Program-made: the position numbers and the translations under genes
Shown: positions 61,248 to 64,000 of the stretch, piece by piece
How the letters are laid out: each line of letters opens with the position of its first letter
How positions within the stretch are numbered: the stretch's first letter is position 1
Notes under the pieces: model-generated
The model's input: only the letters and a program-made list of their open reading frames with translations
Told to the model about the DNA's origin: nothing
The model's database searches: none
Virus record (IMG/VR): IMGVR_UViG_3300030109_003595
Coordinates: 9,024-73,023 of that record
DNA length: 64,000 nt
Direction: 5' to 3' (one strand)
Origin: a virus
Taxonomy: Duplodnaviria; Caudoviricetes

Positions 61248-62729
61248 TCAGGGTATTAGCCACCCTCCGCCGGGCTGTTCCTTCCCGCCGCCGAACATGC
61301 TGTCGAAGCCCGGCATATAATCATCTAGGAGGACAACCGTTCCCTTGAACTCCTTTGATGCCCAGTTAGCGAGAGCGAGACTCATCGCCAAGTCGTCATG
61401 AACACCCACACTCTCTAGCCTGCCGTTCTTCTGCATGCCGAACCTGTTCAACTGGCTCTCAACCTCGTGTGTATATTTCCTGCTCCTCTCGTCTCCGTAT
61501 GGTAGTTTGATGTGACCCTGCTCGAATGCCAGCAATAGTGACATGAATAGTGACTCCTTCTTCGCTCTGGTTGTCATGAAGACACGGATTGGCATGTCTG
61601 CCGCCATCTCCCTCATCTCCTGCTCAAGCATCCTCTGGAAGTTGTTGCCCTCAAGTTCTATCAGTTCGGGACTGAACTTGTTGTTGAGCATGACCATCAT
61701 CCTCTTCTGCGCCATCGAGGACATACCACGCTCGTGGACGACATGCACTATCTGTTTGAACTCCTCATCTGGAATCTGCCTCATGACAGTCATTGCTGTG
61801 AAGTCAGCGTTCTTGTCGGAGGATATGGCCGGGTCGTGTCCTATGAAGTGCTGGCCGAACACACCGTCAGGCTCTCCCTCCTCGTTGTAGTTGGTCTCAG
61901 CCCTGTCTATCAGGGTGAGTTCTGTATCCCTAGCGGCTTCTAGTATGTCCATCGGGAACATACTGGCCACATCGTGGATAGGCTCGCATAGATACTCACG
62001 GCTGAATTGTATTGCTGGCATGGAAAGCCTTCTCTGTTCCAGCGCTTCTATGTTCCAACGCTCAGGCCAGAGTGCGATTCCCTCGTTGTTTATCGCAGGG
62101 AAGGTCTCCACACGGAAGGTCTCCTTCTGCTCCAACTCCGCATACAGGTCGTTGTAACTGAATGGAGTTCCTACCATCATGAGTTTGCTGCTGTGGTGAA
62201 GTACAGGAAGTAGTACACCGTAGAACCAATCTGCGGTTCTCTGTAGTTCAGTACCGCTAGTGCCCCACAGGATATCGTCACAGACAACCACGTCTGGGTG
62301 GAAACCACGAGTAGCACCACCGACCGACTTGGCCATGATACGAGAGCCGTTGGAGAACTCGAAGTACGATTTAGCCCAAGGTCTGCCCTCTGGTATCAGA
62401 CCACGAAGGCAATCGGTCCTGTCGATGTTGCTTTTTATGAAGCGCATGTGCTCAAGCGTCTGCTCAAGGGAGTGTGAGAAAATCATGATGTGCTTGCCGG
62501 GATTGAATGCAGCAAGCCACAATGCATAGGACATGAAGAACACGGACTTACCGTGGTCACGAGATGCTTTCACGCAGTAGTACTGCGATTCCTCAAGCCC
62601 GTCTTTCCAAGATTGGTGATGGCCACTGAACAGGAAACCGAGTATGTCCACGAAGAAGTACTCGAATGACTTCCTGCACATCTCCCTGTCCATTTGGATG
62701 ATGAAGTCATCCATCGACTCGTCGCTCAT
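61248..62729 (-). CDS. terL: Terminase large subunit
   Basis: Walker A ASRDHGKS, TRG, Walker B VVCDD, coupling GTP, REYLCEP, nuclease GHDPA...DFTA...HDDLAMS. Confidence 0.95.
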   Translation of the reverse strand: MSDESMDDFIIQMDREMCRKSFEYFFVDILGFLFSGHHQSWKDGLEESQYYCVKASRDHGKSVFFMSYALWLAAFNPGKHIMIFSHSLEQTLEHMRFIKSNIDRTDCLRGLIPEGRPWAKSYFEFSNGSRIMAKSVGGATRGFHPDVVVCDDILWGTSGTELQRTADWFYGVLLPVLHHSSKLMMVGTPFSYNDLYAELEQKETFRVETFPAINNEGIALWPERWNIEALEQRRLSMPAIQFSREYLCEPIHDVASMFPMDILEAARDTELTLIDRAETNYNEEGEPDGVFGQHFIGHDPAISSDKNADFTAMTVMRQIPDEEFKQIVHVVHERGMSSMAQKRMMVMLNNKFSPELIELEGNNFQRMLEQEMREMAADMPIRVFMTTRAKKESLFMSLLLAFEQGHIKLPYGDERSRKYTHEVESQLNRFGMQKNGRLESVGVHDDLAMSLALANWASKEFKGTVVLLDDYMPGFDSMFGGGKEQPGGGWLIP

Positions 62730-63814
62730 CGCATCACCGACTTCAATAACATAAAAGCCAGTTCCATCGGTTCTCCTGCGGTTTTCTGATTCATAATTAA
62801 CTGCTGTACCTCAGGAGAGAGTGTAGCATAGTACTCAGAGGTAGCATCGACACTTGATTCTGGGGGAGTTGTAGTAGTCCCGTCGGTAGTTGGAGAAGCG
62901 GGATTGAACATGTTGGGCTGTATTCCTTTCTTACCCCGTATCGCTTGGTTGCCTCCACCCATTGGTGTGCCGTACACTCCCAGTTGGAAGTTCTGCGGTA
63001 CATTGAACTCCGTATCTTGGAAATTGGGTTGTGGTGGCCCTAGTGTCCTATTGGCTTGCTCAAGAGACATTTGAGGAGATGCTGGGGGAGTGACTCCCAC
63101 TTGACCTAGAATCTGATTCGCTTGGTCTGCACCCATGGTCTGCGTAGGACCTTGATAGACTGGTTGTCCATACACCTCTCCGGGTTGAGTGGGCACTGGT
63201 GCGGGGTTGCCATAACCCGGCATCACAGTTCCGACTGGTAATTGATTCTCTTTCTTCTGACCTGCATTGAATGCATCTACCTGTGCTGTATTCTGTCTTG
63301 AAAGATTACCCATAGCGGTCTGCTGTGCGTCAACTGGGGTGAACATCGTGGGGTCGAATGTCGGTTGGACTTGGGTGTATGTCCTCTCACCCTGCTCGTT
63401 GAAGCCCCTGACTCCACTGCTTTGAGGCGCTGCACCTTGAGAGTAGTCAGAGCGAGGTGCATTGTATCTCCCTACTTGATTGCGTCGGTCTTTGAAGTCC
63501 TGCACCTTCGCCCCTATCACTGGTGACGCTGTGTCTGCTACCTTACCTGCACCGATGTAAGCACCTACGCCACGACCGGCGGCCATCTGTGCCCCACTGA
63601 GTAGGTCTTGCTGGTTCTCGCTTGCATCTGCTAGGGATGTCAGTGCTGAAAGTCCACCGAGAGCACCACCGACTCCTCTCCCAAATGGTGTCTTTACCTT
63701 GAAGGCATCCTGAACAGCATTTCCAATTCCACTGGTGGCTATTGGAGTAGCAGCAGCAGCACTAACGGCTTGCCTGAGAGCGGCGACTGGTGACTTGACG
63801 AGAATCTTACCCAT
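62726..63814 (-). CDS. Gln/Pro/Gly-rich low-complexity protein
   Basis: Likely start MGKILVKSP at 63814 (TGATG overlap with the upstream gene); glycine-zipper-like N-terminus; ILVKS and LLKS motifs. Confidence 0.6.
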   Translation of the reverse strand: MGKILVKSPVAALRQAVSAAAATPIATSGIGNAVQDAFKVKTPFGRGVGGALGGLSALTSLADASENQQDLLSGAQMAAGRGVGAYIGAGKVADTASPVIGAKVQDFKDRRNQVGRYNAPRSDYSQGAAPQSSGVRGFNEQGERTYTQVQPTFDPTMFTPVDAQQTAMGNLSRQNTAQVDAFNAGQKKENQLPVGTVMPGYGNPAPVPTQPGEVYGQPVYQGPTQTMGADQANQILGQVGVTPPASPQMSLEQANRTLGPPQPNFQDTEFNVPQNFQLGVYGTPMGGGNQAIRGKKGIQPNMFNPASPTTDGTTTTPPESSVDATSEYYATLSPEVQQLIMNQKTAGEPMELAFMLLKSVMR

Positions 63815-63999
63815 CACTCTGCCCCCAGCGTAACCTTGACCACCTTGACTACTGATGGTTTGATTTTGTATGCCTTGGCAATCCTGTCCCAATCGCCCTT
63901 GCTGTTGGATATGGTTCTGACATCCTGCTTGGTGATACCGAGTTTCATGGCGAGGAATGACACGTCGTCCTCCTTGTTAGCACTAAGGTTCTCCTTGGG
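63814..63999 (-). CDS. C-terminal part of a gene entering from the right edge (HTH-like)
   Basis: Open frame PKENLSANKEDDVSFLAMKLGITKQDVRTISNSKGDWDRIAKAYKIKPSVVKVVKVTLGAE*. Confidence 0.55.
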   Translation of the reverse strand, partial: PKENLSANKEDDVSFLAMKLGITKQDVRTISNSKGDWDRIAKAYKIKPSVVKVVKVTLGAE

Positions 64000-64000
64000 C

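Noticed and set aside
7956-62529. Many + strand ORFs antisense to structural genes (e.g. 7956-8621, 11316-11939, 40735-41340, 50623-51219)
   Set aside because: Shadow frames caused by codon bias of the - strand genes; Pro/Ser/Val-rich, with no SD or recognisable motifs.
60016-62729. Intein or group I intron associated with the LAGLIDADG domain or terminase
   Set aside because: No C/S...HN intein termini; terminase and portal appear contiguous and complete.
63815-63892. ORF-track N-terminal extension of the 388-aa ORF
   Set aside because: Overlaps the 3' end of an upstream gene; TGATG coupling supports a start at 63814.
1-64000. tRNA/rRNA genes, integrase, transposase
   Set aside because: Intergenic gaps are too short and no recognisable motifs were seen by eye; a tRNAscan/Infernal run would be needed to exclude them formally.

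Overview
This window is part of a large tailed (Caudoviricetes-type) archaeal virus genome. Its gene content and GGTGA/GAGGTG Shine-Dalgarno motifs best fit magroviruses, which infect Marine Group II / Poseidoniales archaea; this host call is an inference. Bases 1-6498 (+ strand) form a replication/accessory arm: primase large-subunit C-terminus, ERCC4 nuclease, MCM-like ATPase, DEDD exonuclease, group II chaperonin, a TFS-like zinc ribbon, a chain of micro-ORFs and an HMG-CoA lyase-like enzyme. Bases 6495-64000 (- strand) form one virion morphogenesis module: terminase, LAGLIDADG-like protein, portal, small head proteins, a 1826-aa protein with a degenerate DNA ligase domain, prohead protease/scaffold, HK97-type capsid, neck/tail genes with a -1 frameshifted tail chaperone, a short tape measure, a 5567-aa giant protein and three tail fibres. 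The most unusual signals are: (i) an invariant 12-bp DNA motif at eight module junctions of the distal fibre gene, bracketing a low-GC module; (ii) an apparently inactive ligase domain flanked by putative prohead-protease cleavage motifs; (iii) a peptide/socket 'daisy chain' among the three fibres; and (iv) a perfect 18-bp inverted repeat at the head-gene junction. All calls were made by eye; no database searches were run.
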